From: Cyanophora paradoxa CCMP329
Taxonomy: Eukaryota; Plantae; Glaucophyta
Reading direction: 5' to 3'
Assembly (NCBI GenBank): GCA_004431415.1
Contig: QPMI01000022.1
Span: 434,001-498,000 of the forward strand
Length of the DNA: 64,000 nt
This document shows positions 1 through 14,785 of the stretch, one piece after another. Every line of letters begins with the position of its first letter. Positions within the stretch are counted from its first letter, which is position 1. Below the pieces are notes generated by a model. The model searched no databases and was not told the DNA's origin. It saw only the letters and a program-made list of their open reading frames with translations. Both the position numbers and the translations under genes were made by a program.

Positions 1-229
1 CAATTGGGGGAGGCAAACGAGCGCGGCGATATTTACCTGCGATCCCTCTTTTCGTTTCAGTTTACAGAACCGCGCCTTTAGTGTCTTGCCAGCGATCCTC
101 GTGAAATGAGCCGGCAGGATGGTCCGGCAGCGGAGACCAACGGGGGCCTAGCCCTTTGGACGCGCTCTTGCCTTGCCAGCCCCGTGCCTCTCGTGGCAAT
201 TGGGGGAGGCAAACGAGCGCGGCGATATT
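1..229. repeat. 33-bp direct repeat spaced 196 bp apart (probably the tail of a tandem array running off the window)
   Basis: CAATTGGGGGAGGCAAACGAGCGCGGCGATATT at 1-33 and 197-229. Confidence 0.6.
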
Positions 230-821
230 CTCCTATTTCAATAGATTAAAGCGTAGCTATCTCGTGATTCTTTAAGACCTTCTTTTGAGCTCGCGATTGA
301 CTCGCCCTGTCCGCAGGAGTGCGTAGACACTCCCTCCAGGACCGGCAAGCGCACACAAGCGACGCGGAGGATCCGAATCCCAAGGTTCGCTCATCTTTCT
401 CGCCGCTCAAATGATGCTCTAAAGAAAGAAAGAAAAAGTGCCGGTGATGATAAAAAGGTTTTTGGTTGACCCTCCTAGTGGCGGCTCGCCGTCCTGCGGA
501 CAACAACCCGCGCTGCTGAGGCACTCCCGATCGCTTGCATAGATCCCATCGCTCACTCTTGCTTTCCAAACAATTCACTCGCTTTGTTGTGCAGGATCGG
601 CAGACTCGACGATTGTGCGGGGGCAAATTGCTGCTGGCCTACAGCGATGCGCGTGCCCTGTGTTATCAAACGGAGATATCGATGTGCGCATGTACAAAAC
701 ACGATTTCGATCTTCTAGTTGTGCCCCGCGCCGCGGCGCCACCAAGACAATGCAGGGGGGGCCGGGGCCGGGCATGTAGGCTCCTAGCTATAGCTCCCCT
801 TGGCGGGGGGAAATGAGGGAG

Positions 822-855
<34 letters not shown>

Positions 856-1033
856 TCCCCAGGTGCTCCAGCTCCTGCCGCACTGAGGGTGGGCGAGGGG
901 GGGGGATTATGGACGGGGGAAGGATGTGAGAGGAGGGGAAGCTTAAGGAGCTAGATCGAGGAAAGAAAGGATGGCCCCTGGGCGATCCGGCGCCCGGCCA
1001 CCATGACAAAGCAACTTGGCAAGGGCCAGGCTA

Positions 1034-1531
1034 GTCAGGCGAAGCCTCTTTCTCAGACCCGGTCACCGCCGATCTAAATTCCGATCGGATTCGAACCCGA
1101 ATTTTTTCGTCCCCCCTGTAAATAATTTTCCTGTCCAGCCTCCTCATGAAAAATTAATAATTTTTCCTCGACACGGACGTGACGCTTCCCCCATCACACA
1201 CAAATGACTCAGCTACCCTAACCCCCACAGACCTCTCTAGATCCATTTCTAGCGTCCTGGCTCCCCTAAGACGACCGCTCTCCCGTGGGCGTCGCCCGAA
1301 AATCGAATTTCTGGGCTCTCCCGCGGGCGTCGCCCGCATGTAGCTGGCCATGGGCGGGGCTGCACGCTCTCCCGTGGGCGTCGCCCGCATGTAGCTGGCC
1401 ATGGGCGGGGCTGCACGCTGCAGCTGGCCATGGCCATGGGCCAGCGCTAGCCTGGCCGCCTACTGTGACAGCCGCGAGGGCGTCCGCGAGGCTTCGCCGT
1501 ACTTAGTGCTCCGCAGGAGCACGGATCTTGT
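1034..1531 (+). mobile_element. Non-autonomous Helentron/Helitron-like element (HINE type), family A, 5' tip missing
   Basis: Sub-terminal IR GGCGAAGCCTC (1038-1048) / GAGGCTTCGCC (1488-1498); 3' hairpin GTGCTCC-GCA-GGAGCAC followed by GGATCTTGT; internal 51-bp tandem repeat; homologous (inverted) to 19400-21050. Confidence 0.7.
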
Positions 1532-1870
1532 TATGTTTCTCCTGCCTTCATTTTTAGTTTGGCGGGGGAATTAAGGTGGGGAAGCTTATAATTAAGGAGG
1601 GAAGAGGAGGGGGAACTTCGGAAGGAGGGGAGAGAGAAGGTCCTGAGCTCGAGGGAGAAAGATTTATAATTAGAGGAGGGATATTTAATTGAAAGTGGAT
1701 ATGTATCGATCGAGAACCGCGAAAGTTCTAGATAACTATAGCTATATATATATAGCTAGAGGGAGAAATTTAATTGACGCTGGATATCGATCGATCGCGA
1801 GATCTAGAAACGAATTCGAAATGGAGATGAGATATCGATATATATATCGGGGTGCGATATCGATCGATAT

Positions 1871-4800
1871 ATGGGGACCGCAAAAGCGCCCGGCGACGGC
1901 GCCGGCGCCGGCGGCATCTTCAGCTGCAGCCCGATCGACGCTCTGCCCGACGAGCTCGTGGCCCGCTTCATTTCACTCGCCTCGGAATGCAGCGGCGCGG
2001 ATCGGGAGCTCGAGGCGGGGGCAGTCCGCGGGTGTTCCGCCTCCCGCTACCGCAACGACCGAGATCTGCGCCAGATCCTGCGGCTCAGCCACGTCTCCCG
2101 CCGGTTCCGCTGCGTCGCGCTCGACCCGAGCCTCGGCCTCTGGCGGCGCGTCCTCGTTCAGCCGGCCACCGACGCGGCCGTCGGCGCGCTCCTAAGTCAG
2201 CCGCGAGAGTGCAGGGAAGCCGTGTCCTCTATCAGGCTGCGCGACGGCGACCTCAGCGGAGAATCTCTCATCAAGCTCTCCGAAGCGTTCGGGGGGCACG
2301 TTACCGAGTTCGGCGTCACGCTGCAAAATGGCTCCTTTTTATGCGCGCTCGCTGCATGTAGTTCGGCAATTCCGGCGACTTGAGCAGGTTCGAATTCTTA
2401 TCTAGATCTGGCCAAGGCCATGCGCTTCCGAAAATTTAGATAATATGCATGTGATCATGATGTTGATTCGATTAGCTGACCGCGTCCGCGCGCTTCTTTC
2501 ATGATCAGCTGTCATTCTCTTGCTTTACGATGGAAAACGGCCCCTTCCTGCAGAAGATTTCGCCCATCGTTCAAGGCTTAGTGCAAGCGTTGGCTCCGCT
2601 CCCGCTGCAGGCGTTGGAGTTATCTTCGTGCGCAAGTTTTATTATTAATTCTATTCGACTCGCGATCGCATCGTGCATTTTTGCAAGGGGGGAAAGAAGA
2701 CCGCAGGTCTTCCCCCCTTGCTTCCCGTTCCCTCGCTTCAGCCAAAATTTCTTCTATGAGGCCGTTTTCGAGGTCCAGTTTGCAACGCGGGAAAAAAATG
2801 AGCCGAAATTCGGTTGCAGCGACACGTGTTTGTCGCTGCGGCCGTCCATGCAAAAAAAGGTTTTCGAGGGCGAAGACCCGTGACCAGTTTTCCTTGACTT
2901 GAAGCCTGGAAACCAACTTCTCTCTCATTCCGGTCTTCGAATTCCTTCCGCGGTTCTGCATGGAACCAGTTCTCCCTATAGCTAGCTGTCTCCTGTAGAT
3001 TTCGGCTTCCTCGCAGTGCGTTGCGTACGCCTTGCTCTTCGTTGCGCGGTTCTGCATGGAACCACTTCTCCCTAGCTGTCTTGCTCGATCTCCTCTAGAT
3101 TTTCACTTTCTCGCACTGCGCCGCGCACGCCGCACGGAATTTCTTAAAAATTCTCCCTAGCTGTCTTGCTCGATCTCCTCTGGATTTCCACTTCCTCGCA
3201 GTGCGCCGCGTACGCCGCACGGTACCCGTGCCGCCTGATCTACTTTTGACTGCATCAAGCTTGCACCGCAGCACGTGCACCGAAGCACGCGCAGCCCGTG
3301 CACGTGGGCCGGATTGGCCCGTACCGCGTAGCTTTTCCTCGCGATCCAGCCTCTGCTCGCAGCCGCATCGCTGCGCCGACCTCGTTGGCGCCCCGGCCGC
3401 TGTCCTGCCGCGCGCGCTGGGCCGGGGTCGATCTACATCTGCCCCGTGCATGTTCGTGCCACTACTACTCTTTCATTAGATCCAGATTCCCCCCTTGCAC
3501 CCCCGGCGCGCCAAAACGCGGCCGGGCCACTAGTAGTGATATCAAAATCTTGTGGTTATACTCCGGTCCGCAGCTTGTCGATCACGCTGGAAACCTTGCA
3601 AGCGCTCGCGCCTCTGGCACCCACTCTGAGGCGTTTGAAGTGTGGCGTCGTCGTCGACAGAAATTCAAGTGGGGCACTGCTTCCTATTCTGTCGTCGATT
3701 GCGGCTTTTCAGCAGCTGGAGCAGCTGACTGTGGGCGAGTACTTGTCTTATTAAATCATCGCCTTCACATTCGCTGAAACCCTTGCAAATTTAATCGATC
3801 CACCACTAATCATAATATTTGTCGATATCCTCAGAATTCTACAATGAGTTGGGATTGAGGTTCCCTCCCGTCGCTCTCGAGTCGGACCTGAGGCCGCTTT
3901 CCACTCTCTCTTCGCTGAAAGGTGCACGCGCGCGCGGCCGGGCGCCACGCTTCCATTATAATTATAATGATAATTGCACGTTCTCACGCTGTTCGCTGAT
4001 TTTCATTTCGCATGCAACTCATGATCAAATTAAACATTAATATTTCCGGCAGCGTACAACGTGCAGGCGTCGCACAAGGGCACCGGGCACTTCGGCCGCC
4101 TGCGCCAACTTGACTTCGTCCGCGTCGTAATGGAGGGCTCCGCGGACGCCTCGCCGCTCCTGGGCTGCGCGGGCGCGCTCCGTGTCGCCGGGCTCGTTCA
4201 TTACTGGATCGAGCGCGCCGGGGCCGACCATGCCGAAATCGCATCGAGCTCCTCGAAGCTCGCGGCGATGGTCTCGGACCTCTCCGCGATCGAGGTCCGC
4301 CGTTCAAATCTAATTAAACTTCAACGTCGACCTCTAGATCTGCTAGCGCTGAGGCCGTTCAAGTTTACATTCAAGTTTGTGGTCCTAATGTCCTAGCTCG
4401 ATCGCGAGCGCAGGTCCTCTCTCTCTTCGTGGAGCCGGAAACCCTCGCGGCCCTCGCCGAGCGGCCGCTGAGGCGGTGGGCCCGCCTCCACACCCTCGTG
4501 CTGAGCTGCGTGCGCGCGGCCGACGGGGGCGGGGAAGTGGGCGAGGCCGCCGGGGAGATCCCGAACGCCCTTCTGAAGGTCTGCCCCACGCATTTTAATT
4601 TGCGGTTTAAGACTTAAGGTCTGCCCCATTTATGAGGTTTTAATTATATAATGCATGGCCGCGGTTTGTAAAGGCCCTAAAGCATATCAAATCTATATTC
4701 AATATTCGCGATGCCTAGTCTGATCCTGATCATGAACTCCGAACTGTACATGTCGGATGGAGCAGAGGCTGGCCTCGGACGTGCCCTCCCTCGAGCAGCT

Positions 4801-5014
4801 CGTCCTCCTCTCCCCCCTCGCCCCCGCCCCCGCCGCCGCCGCCGCCGCCGCCGCGCCCCTGGCGGCCCTCCCGAGGCTCCGCCGCCTCGCCTTCGAGGGC
4901 GCCGCCGCCGCCGCCCTCGACCCCGCCGCCCGCGCGGCGCTCCGGGCCGCCCTCCCCCGCGTCCAGATATCGGCAGACACTTCTAATTTAATTAACCCCG
5001 GGCCCGGATCCTAA
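1871..5014 (+). CDS. F-box-like / degenerate LRR protein, multi-exon
   Basis: N-terminal F-box-like motif PIDALPDELVARF...LSHVSRRFRCVALDPSLGLWRRV; downstream exons with LxxLxL patterns (LRRLKC, LEQLTV, LHTLVL, LRRLAF); short GT-AG introns. Confidence 0.6.
2678..3534 (+). mobile_element. Non-autonomous Helentron/Helitron-like element, family B, in an intron of the F-box gene
   Basis: Begins in a T run; 13-bp sub-terminal IR TGCAAGGGGGGAA (2682-2694) / TTCCCCCCTTGCA (3487-3499); GC hairpin 3502-3526; CTAGT end; internal ~90-bp imperfect tandem repeats. Confidence 0.65.
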
Positions 5015-5949
5015 AGCTTGAGCTTGCACTTGCCGGCGACCCGCGGCACCCGCCTATGAATTCGAGCTTGCTCATGGAGCTATTCTGACTATGCTCATGG
5101 AGCCGGCCATGAACGGGGCCCTGCAGGACGTATACGGTATACGTACTGAGCAGCGGGAGGCGCCGGGAGCTCGAGCGCTGCCCGGCCGAGCTTGCCCCCC
5201 CGCGTTAACGTTCAGCCTGACTCGCTACGAGTCGCTAGCTCCGGCTTGTTCGGAGGTTTGTTCCCTTACTAGTTAAGCTTAAAGAAATGGTGATCATGAA
5301 TTCGAATAATTGAATTGAGCAAATTGATGAATTCGGTGAATTGATCGAATCATTGAGTGGTAATAGGTCCGGTCCGGTACCGCGGCCGGCCGCGTAGCGG
5401 CGTAGCCGCGCTGGCAGCAGCTGCAGGCTGCGCAGCTGCGAATCCTGCCGCGATTCCTGCGATCTCAGAACTTCGGAACATCCAGCTGCATCCAGAAGAA
5501 GAATCGAAGACGACCGGCCGGGGGAGCGCATAGAAGGTGCGCGCGCGCGCGTGCTCGCTTTAAATTTTGACCGGACGGCTCACTGAGTCAGCTTTTGGCC
5601 GCCCGGCGGCCCCAGGCCTGCCCCGCGCAGGGCCCGACCGTCGAGCCCTCCACGTCTTCGTCTGCGCGTGCACGTGTGCTCCACGTAAAAGGTGCGCAGG
5701 CGTGCGCGCGCCGCGCCCTCGCTTTTGACCGGACGGGTCACAGGCTCACAGCCCGAGCTTCGAGCTCATCATCTCGAGCTTCACGTCGCTATCCGCATCT
5801 CTCGCGTGCGCCCACAGGTGCGCGGGCGCCGTGCCGGCGCGCGCCGATGCAGCTGAGCTTTTCATTTGCAGTTGCAATTGACAGGTCGACGTCGTGCGCG
5901 CACGTCTTCCGTACGCGTGCACACTACAGCTGCACCCACAGGGCTGCTT

Positions 5950-9038
<3,089 letters not shown>

Positions 9039-9364
9039 TTATACGGGCCCACGGGGCGCGCGGCGCGCCACATGTGCAGGGGACAGACGCGGGAGGGCAA
9101 GCTTTTCATGTTTTGCACTGTCGTGATTAGAATGCAACGCTTGCAAGTAATGCAAATCCAGTAATCCAGTACGGTCGCACGGGGTGGGGGAGACTGTTTG
9201 GGGGCATGCATGTATGCGTAGTATATTACGTAATGCTTCATGTTTAAAATTACCCCCTGGGCTCGCAAACTTACGCGTAAAATGGCAGCTTTGTGCTTCC
9301 CCCGCATCAGGCGTCAGCAGAGGAAAAAAAGAGGGAGCTCGAGAGCGACTTATTGATTCAGCGG

Positions 9365-9790
9365 TCTGCCCCACGGGGTTTATAGGTTTAATGCATGCCC
9401 GCGGTTTTTTAAATTTATATATATTCAATATTCGCGATGCCTGATCCGGATTCTGATATCGATCGATGTATCATGAACGTTTAACTGTACATGTACATGT
9501 CGAATGGCGTATGCAGAGGCTGGCCTCGGACGTGCCCTCCCTCGAGCAGCTCGTCCTCCTCTCCCCCCTCGCCCCCGCCGCCGGCGCCGGCGCCGCCCCG
9601 CCCCTGGCGGCCCTCCCAAGGCTCCGCCGCCTCGCCTTCGAGGGCGCCGCCGCCGCCGCCCTCGACCCCGCCGCCCGCGCGGCGCTCCGGGCCGCCCTCC
9701 CCCGCGTCCAGATATCGGCAGACACCTAATTAATATTACCCCCGGGCCCGGATCCTAGCTTGCACTTGCCGGAGCCCCGCCTATGACTTC
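9365..9790 (+). pseudogene. Orphan duplicate of the last intron and exon of the 1871-5014 gene
   Basis: 9517-9726 nearly identical to 4766-4980 (RLASDVPSLEQLVLLSPLAP...RVQISADT); flanking intron and 3' sequence similar but diverged; no upstream exons seen. Confidence 0.75.
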
Positions 9791-11467
9791 GAGCTTGCAA
9801 TTGTGCATATGGAGCTTAAGCTTGCTCATGAATTCGAAGCCGGGGCCGGCCTTGAACCGGGCCCGGGGCCCTGCGGGAGCTGCCGAGCTTAAGCTTGCTC
9901 CCCCGCGTTCAGATATTTGCAGACAATTAAATATAACCCGGATCCGGATCGCCGGAGGAGCGTTAACGATATATATTAGGTAAACTGAAGCTCAAGATTG
10001 CTCCGCCTTGCACGCAATGTACTTTTAAGCTTGAAGTATAAAGGGGAGGGGAGGGGGAAGGGGAGGGGAGGCATAGGGGAGGCCTAGGGGGGCTGGCCGC
10101 GGAGGAGAGGAGGGGAGGCTAGGGGGGGAGGGGGGGGGGCAGGGGGGGAGGGGAGGGGAGGGGAGGGCTGGGAAGGGGGGGGGGGGGGGGGCGTACGAGG
10201 AAGCCTAGAGGAGGCCTAGGGGGGATCGATGGATCGAATATTAATGTGCACGCGTACGTGCACTCGAGCTCTATGCATATGTATATATAATTATAAGAGG
10301 AGCGTGCACGCACGTGTACATGTAAGAGGAGCACGTATACGTACGTATATGCGCATATACGCGCACGTGAAACAGTTTTCGCAACCATCGCGCGGGTCAC
10401 CCGGGTGCGCGCACGCGCGCTGCGCTCGCGCCTTGCATACGCGGGCTTTAGATTTCGCCTTGCGCGGTGTCAAGCCTATAATGAGAATTATGGCGCGCGC
10501 TTGTTATGCCGGCCGAATATATGGCTAATTGCATCTTCTTGTGCAGGCGGATCGGCCTGAAAGCTTTGAAGGCGATCGCGAGCTCGAGTAGCAATAGGGA
10601 GAGATCAAACGCGCAAACATTCTTAATTCGAAGGTGGCGGTGCGTCCGACGGTCGCTTGCGATGTCGAACGTCGATATGTCGAAATTTAATTACGATAAT
10701 ATGCATGAACATTAATTACAGTTCGGCGCGCGCATGCATGCGATCGCAATATTACGGCTGCGGCGCTGGCCGCGCACGCAAATTAAAGCGCTTCGCGATC
10801 GCCTGCAGTTTGAATTTAATTATTCTCGTGCAATGCCGCAGTGCGACAAGCCGCGCGGATCCGAATCGGAGCATTACAATTGCACGCATCTGCATCCGGG
10901 GCATTGAGAAGGTCCGGGCCCGGCCCGGGCATGCATTTTTGCGCTTAAGCTTGGAATCGCGGCGTCGACGTCGACGAGAATGTACAGCTCGAAATTCTAT
11001 TATGTCGCCCTCAAACATGGCATTGAAGTTTCGAATTACATCCGATCTGGATCCGGGGAGCTCGAAATTAATATTGACCGCGTATAGGTATTTCAAGCTG
11101 ATCATTGAGCCGCCGTAGGTCGCGATATCGATCGGGCAGCTGTCTCATCTCTCTTGCGTGAGGTCAAAGATTCGAATGTTGCAGTGAACGATATCGCGCA
11201 TTAATGTGCACACTTGCTCACGCCGCTGTACGGCAGCTGTTCACGCGGCAGTCGCGGGGAATTCGAATATAACGTCTTCGAATTCTGAGGACTGTATCAT
11301 AGTATCGAGGCCTGTCCGTTTCCAGGCTCTCTTTCTTCCGATCCGCGGCCGTTGCACTCGAATTCTGACGACGATCTTAAGCTGACCAGAGCGAGAAGCA
11401 GCAGCATCGATCTCTCCGCAATATCAACACTGTGACAGCTATTTAATCATTAGCATCAACAACAGCG

Positions 11468-13603
11468 ATGGAGATCAACAGCAATCGCGAGACCAACGTT
11501 TTTAACGCGGCCGCGGCCGGACTCGCATCGCTTCCAGCCAGCATCCTCCAAGTCATCTTCGCGCACGCTTATCCAGATATCTGCGATGCCTTTTTCGTGT
11601 CACGACTCCAGACCATCTGTCGGAATTTCCGCCAAGCGCTGCCGGACGTCCACTGGGAGCGCCTGGACTTTGCCCGCGCGCTCGGCCCTCTCGACGGCAA
11701 CGCATTCGAGGCGCGGGCGGCCGCTCTTCTCTTCTGGATAAAGAACGGCTTGATTTCCCGCGTCTTTCATTTTGACGTGGAGCTGGACTTCGCCCCTATA
11801 AGCACATACAGCTCTTTCAGCTCCGTCGAAAGGAACAGCGCTTACTTCCTGGAAGATTTCATGGAGACGTTCTATGTTGCCTGCCAGTCATTCGCGCAGC
11901 ACGCCGTGAACACTCTGATCGCCCTCGCCTCTTCGAATTCGCGCGCCGGCGCCGCGCCCACCGTCGTTTCTATCGGCCTCGAGGAGAATCCGGAGCTCGC
12001 CACGCATGTGTCTTCAATGGGCCTCGAGTCGTTGGCTGCTCCGTTTTTCTCGTCGATTCTGCAAGCTCTGGCCCCCGCGGGCTCGGAAATTGAGCGGATT
12101 CTCGTCCAGGGCGAGATTTCTGCACGGAGCTACGAGTTCAACAGCCCGGAAGGCCGGTTGACCGACGCGAATTTCTGGGCGACGCGTCTCTCGCCGTTCT
12201 CGGCTCTCAAATGGCTCGGCATTGCCTTTAGCACCTTCAGCGCTTTTGACAGCATGGTTGCCGAGTACGCCGACTATTCTGGCCACGGAGGGTTCGGACA
12301 AGCCGCTGCTGCAGGGGGGCGCTCTCGGCGGGCCTTGTTCGACGCTTCCACGGCAGTGCTACGGGGTGCCGGCGCCTGCAGCTTCGCTGCAGGTTTGAAG
12401 CAGCTCTGCGTGGGCGCGATGAGTAAGGACGACGATCCGCACCTGCTGCTCCAGCCTTTCCGCTCCGTCGAAATCTTCAGCACGACGCCCCAGTTTCTCA
12501 TGGAGCCGGCCCTGAATGGGGCCCTGCGGGAGCTGCCGAGCTTGCTCCGGCTGGACATCTCTGAGCTGCCCGAGCAGGCCGGCGCCCTCGACATCTTTCC
12601 TTCGGAGCTGTTCGCTTCTCTTGGTGCGCTCGGGCTCGTCGCCCTCTCTGTGCCGATGGCGGTCGGCGTATTCGACGGAATGCTGGATTTCGCGGAGGCG
12701 TGCCGTCTGCCCGCGCGCGGCACTCGTGATCAGAAACCGTCGACGTCGCAAGCCCTCAAAATCCTCAAGATCTCCGGCCAGAGTCTCTCGCCTCGTTTCA
12801 TTGGCGGCTGCTTCGAGAAACCGGAGGCAGAGTTTCTTCTGCCGCCCGCGTCCGCCTACTGCCTCGGCGCCGACCAACTGTCGGCGATCTTCTTGAGCTG
12901 CGGTCTGCTCGAAGAGCTCGAAATTCCGGTGCATCCTGCCCATTCTTAAGCTTCATGATCAGATCTAGAGCTTCACAAACTGACCGCGCCCGCGCCGGCG
13001 GCAGGTGGCGTTGCACGCGTGGCCGGCGCTCGACAGCCTCGCGAACCTCCCCCGCCTCCACACCCTCCGCCTCGCCGTCTTTAACACCAAAGAGGTCCGA
13101 CTTCGCTGTGCACTTCTTTAATTTTCTGCGAAGGACAGATTGCGATTAATATTTTCGCAGGACGCGACGGGCGGGGCGGAGTTCTTTGGCGCGGCAGCCG
13201 ACGCCGTGCAGCGGGCCCCGGCCCTGCGCGAGCTCCGCGTCCGCCTCTTCCCGGGCTGCGGGGCGCCCCTCGGCGGCCCCGCGAAGGCGTCCTTCGTGCG
13301 GGCGGCGGGGCGCGCGCTGGCGGCGTGGGAGTACGGCGAGGACGGCGGGCCGCTGTGCCGCGAGGAGGCGGGGGCGCTGGCGGAGGCGGCCGCAGCGCAC
13401 GGGCGGCTGGGCCGCGTCGCCCTCCGCTGCGCCGTCGAAGGGGAGGACGGCCTTCGCGACTTCGCGGCCCTCGACGCCCTCGCCGCCTGCCCCTCCTTCA
13501 AGGCGCCCGCGCGCGCCGCCCGCGCCGCTCAATTTCCAATTTCCCGCCGCTGAGTGCGAGCTCGAGCAGGGGCGGGAGCTGAAGCTGGAGGTGGCGGTGC
13601 CGG
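11468..13603 (+). CDS. F-box-like / degenerate LRR protein, interrupted in its last exon by the integrated virus (continues at 26680-26774)
   Basis: 493-aa first-exon ORF with F-box-like LASLPASILQVIFAH...LQTICRNFRQAL..VHW and LRR-like segments; later exons ~13005-13094, 13160-13502 and 13570-13603. Confidence 0.65.
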
Positions 13604-13932
13604 AGCTGAGCTGTGAGCATTACACCCAAAAATTACCCCAATATAATTTGCCCCTTCAAGCAATATCCGCATGATTCCCAGTAACCCAATCCCCAATCTC
13701 AGTAAATCTCAGTAAGCCTCAGTCACAATCTATTTTATTTAATCGAAGTTATATGCATTACACCCAAAAATTACCCCAATATAATTTGCCCCTTCAAGCA
13801 ATATCCGCATGATTCCCAGTAACCCAATCCCCAATCTCAGTAAATCTCAGTAAGCCTCAGTCACAATCTATTTTATTTAATCGAAGTTATATCTAAAATC
13901 TAATCAATCGAAGTTATATGCATTACACCCAA
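13604..13932 (+). repeat. Left terminal inverted repeat (329 bp) containing a 138-bp tandem duplication
   Basis: Reverse complement of 26345-26673; unit GCATTACACCCAAAAATTACCCC... starts at 13617 and 13755, with a partial third copy at 13920. Confidence 0.95.
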
Positions 13933-14100
13933 ATTTTACCGCATTTTATTTACGACATTCAGTAACAACGAGAGATTCCCGATGATACACCCAATATACC
14001 CATATTTCTCGATTGAATCCATAAAAAACAACAACCACTAAACCATTCACAGTTACACCCGTTACACTTCCACATCTCCGATTGATTCACATTACACCCA

Positions 14101-14424
14101 TCACATTCGCATAAATTGCATCCAAGTAGCAGGATTAGCAATACTTACGTCTGATTCGGAAGACATACCTTTTTGGTAATTATAACAGAATTCACAAAGT
14201 AGTCCCTGAGACATTGGTTTGAGTTTTTCAGTATCTCCACAAATCATACAACAGTTTCGGGTTCCCATTCGTTCATACATAGCATTTGCTTTTGCCTGTT
14301 GTGAATGTGTTAATTTCAATTCGCCGACGTTTTCATTTACCATAGAAACAACCGGACGTCCACTTTTAGCGCCGACGTATTCAGTCATATTACGATGTCG
14401 TTCACTTGCTTTTCTCTTACCCAT
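14101..14424 (-). CDS. Small viral zinc-finger protein (107 aa)
   Basis: ATG-started ORF with CMICGD...LLCEFC (two CxxC); AT-rich upstream region with AAAATTTGA motif. Confidence 0.6.
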   Translation of the reverse strand: MGKRKASERHRNMTEYVGAKSGRPVVSMVNENVGELKLTHSQQAKANAMYERMGTRNCCMICGDTEKLKPMSQGLLCEFCYNYQKGMSSESDVSIANPATWMQFMRM

Positions 14425-14530
14425 CGTTATTACTACTTCTCAGATTCCTTTTAAACTTTGTCAAATTTTGCCCCGATGCAAAAAATGACGCTTTAAAACT
14501 TAAAACTTTACAACGATACACTTGTAATCA

Positions 14531-14713
14531 ATGGCGACCAAACGAACCGCGGACATTCTGTGTTATAACATGGACTTCTTACCTAATTCAAATAGTGTTT
14601 ACGCTGATTTTTTCGGAGATAATCTAACTGATGAATCTATTTCGATTATATTTGGTGTATACAAGTGTTTGCATCAATTCCAAGGTGTAACATCGTTTAT
14701 GGTATGTTACTGA
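14531..14713 (+). CDS. Possible small viral protein (60 aa)
   Basis: ATG ORF filling the gap between the Zn-finger and ATPase genes; no recognisable motif. Confidence 0.25.
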   Translation: MATKRTADILCYNMDFLPNSNSVYADFFGDNLTDESISIIFGVYKCLHQFQGVTSFMVCY

Positions 14714-14785
14714 TCCTGAAAGTGAGATATGCAAGATCTTTAAGATGTTCACACTCGAACAGGTAGAAGATCTGAGAAGACCAAA

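Noticed and set aside
821-853. Long poly-G tracts (also ~26870 and ~28802) as functional G-quadruplex elements
   Set aside because: Common in introns and intergenic DNA throughout the window, with no specific context; homopolymer lengths are unreliable
13959-14141. Cys-rich 60-aa ORF
   Set aside because: No ATG at its start; several Cys codons derive from repeated TTACAC boxes on the opposite strand
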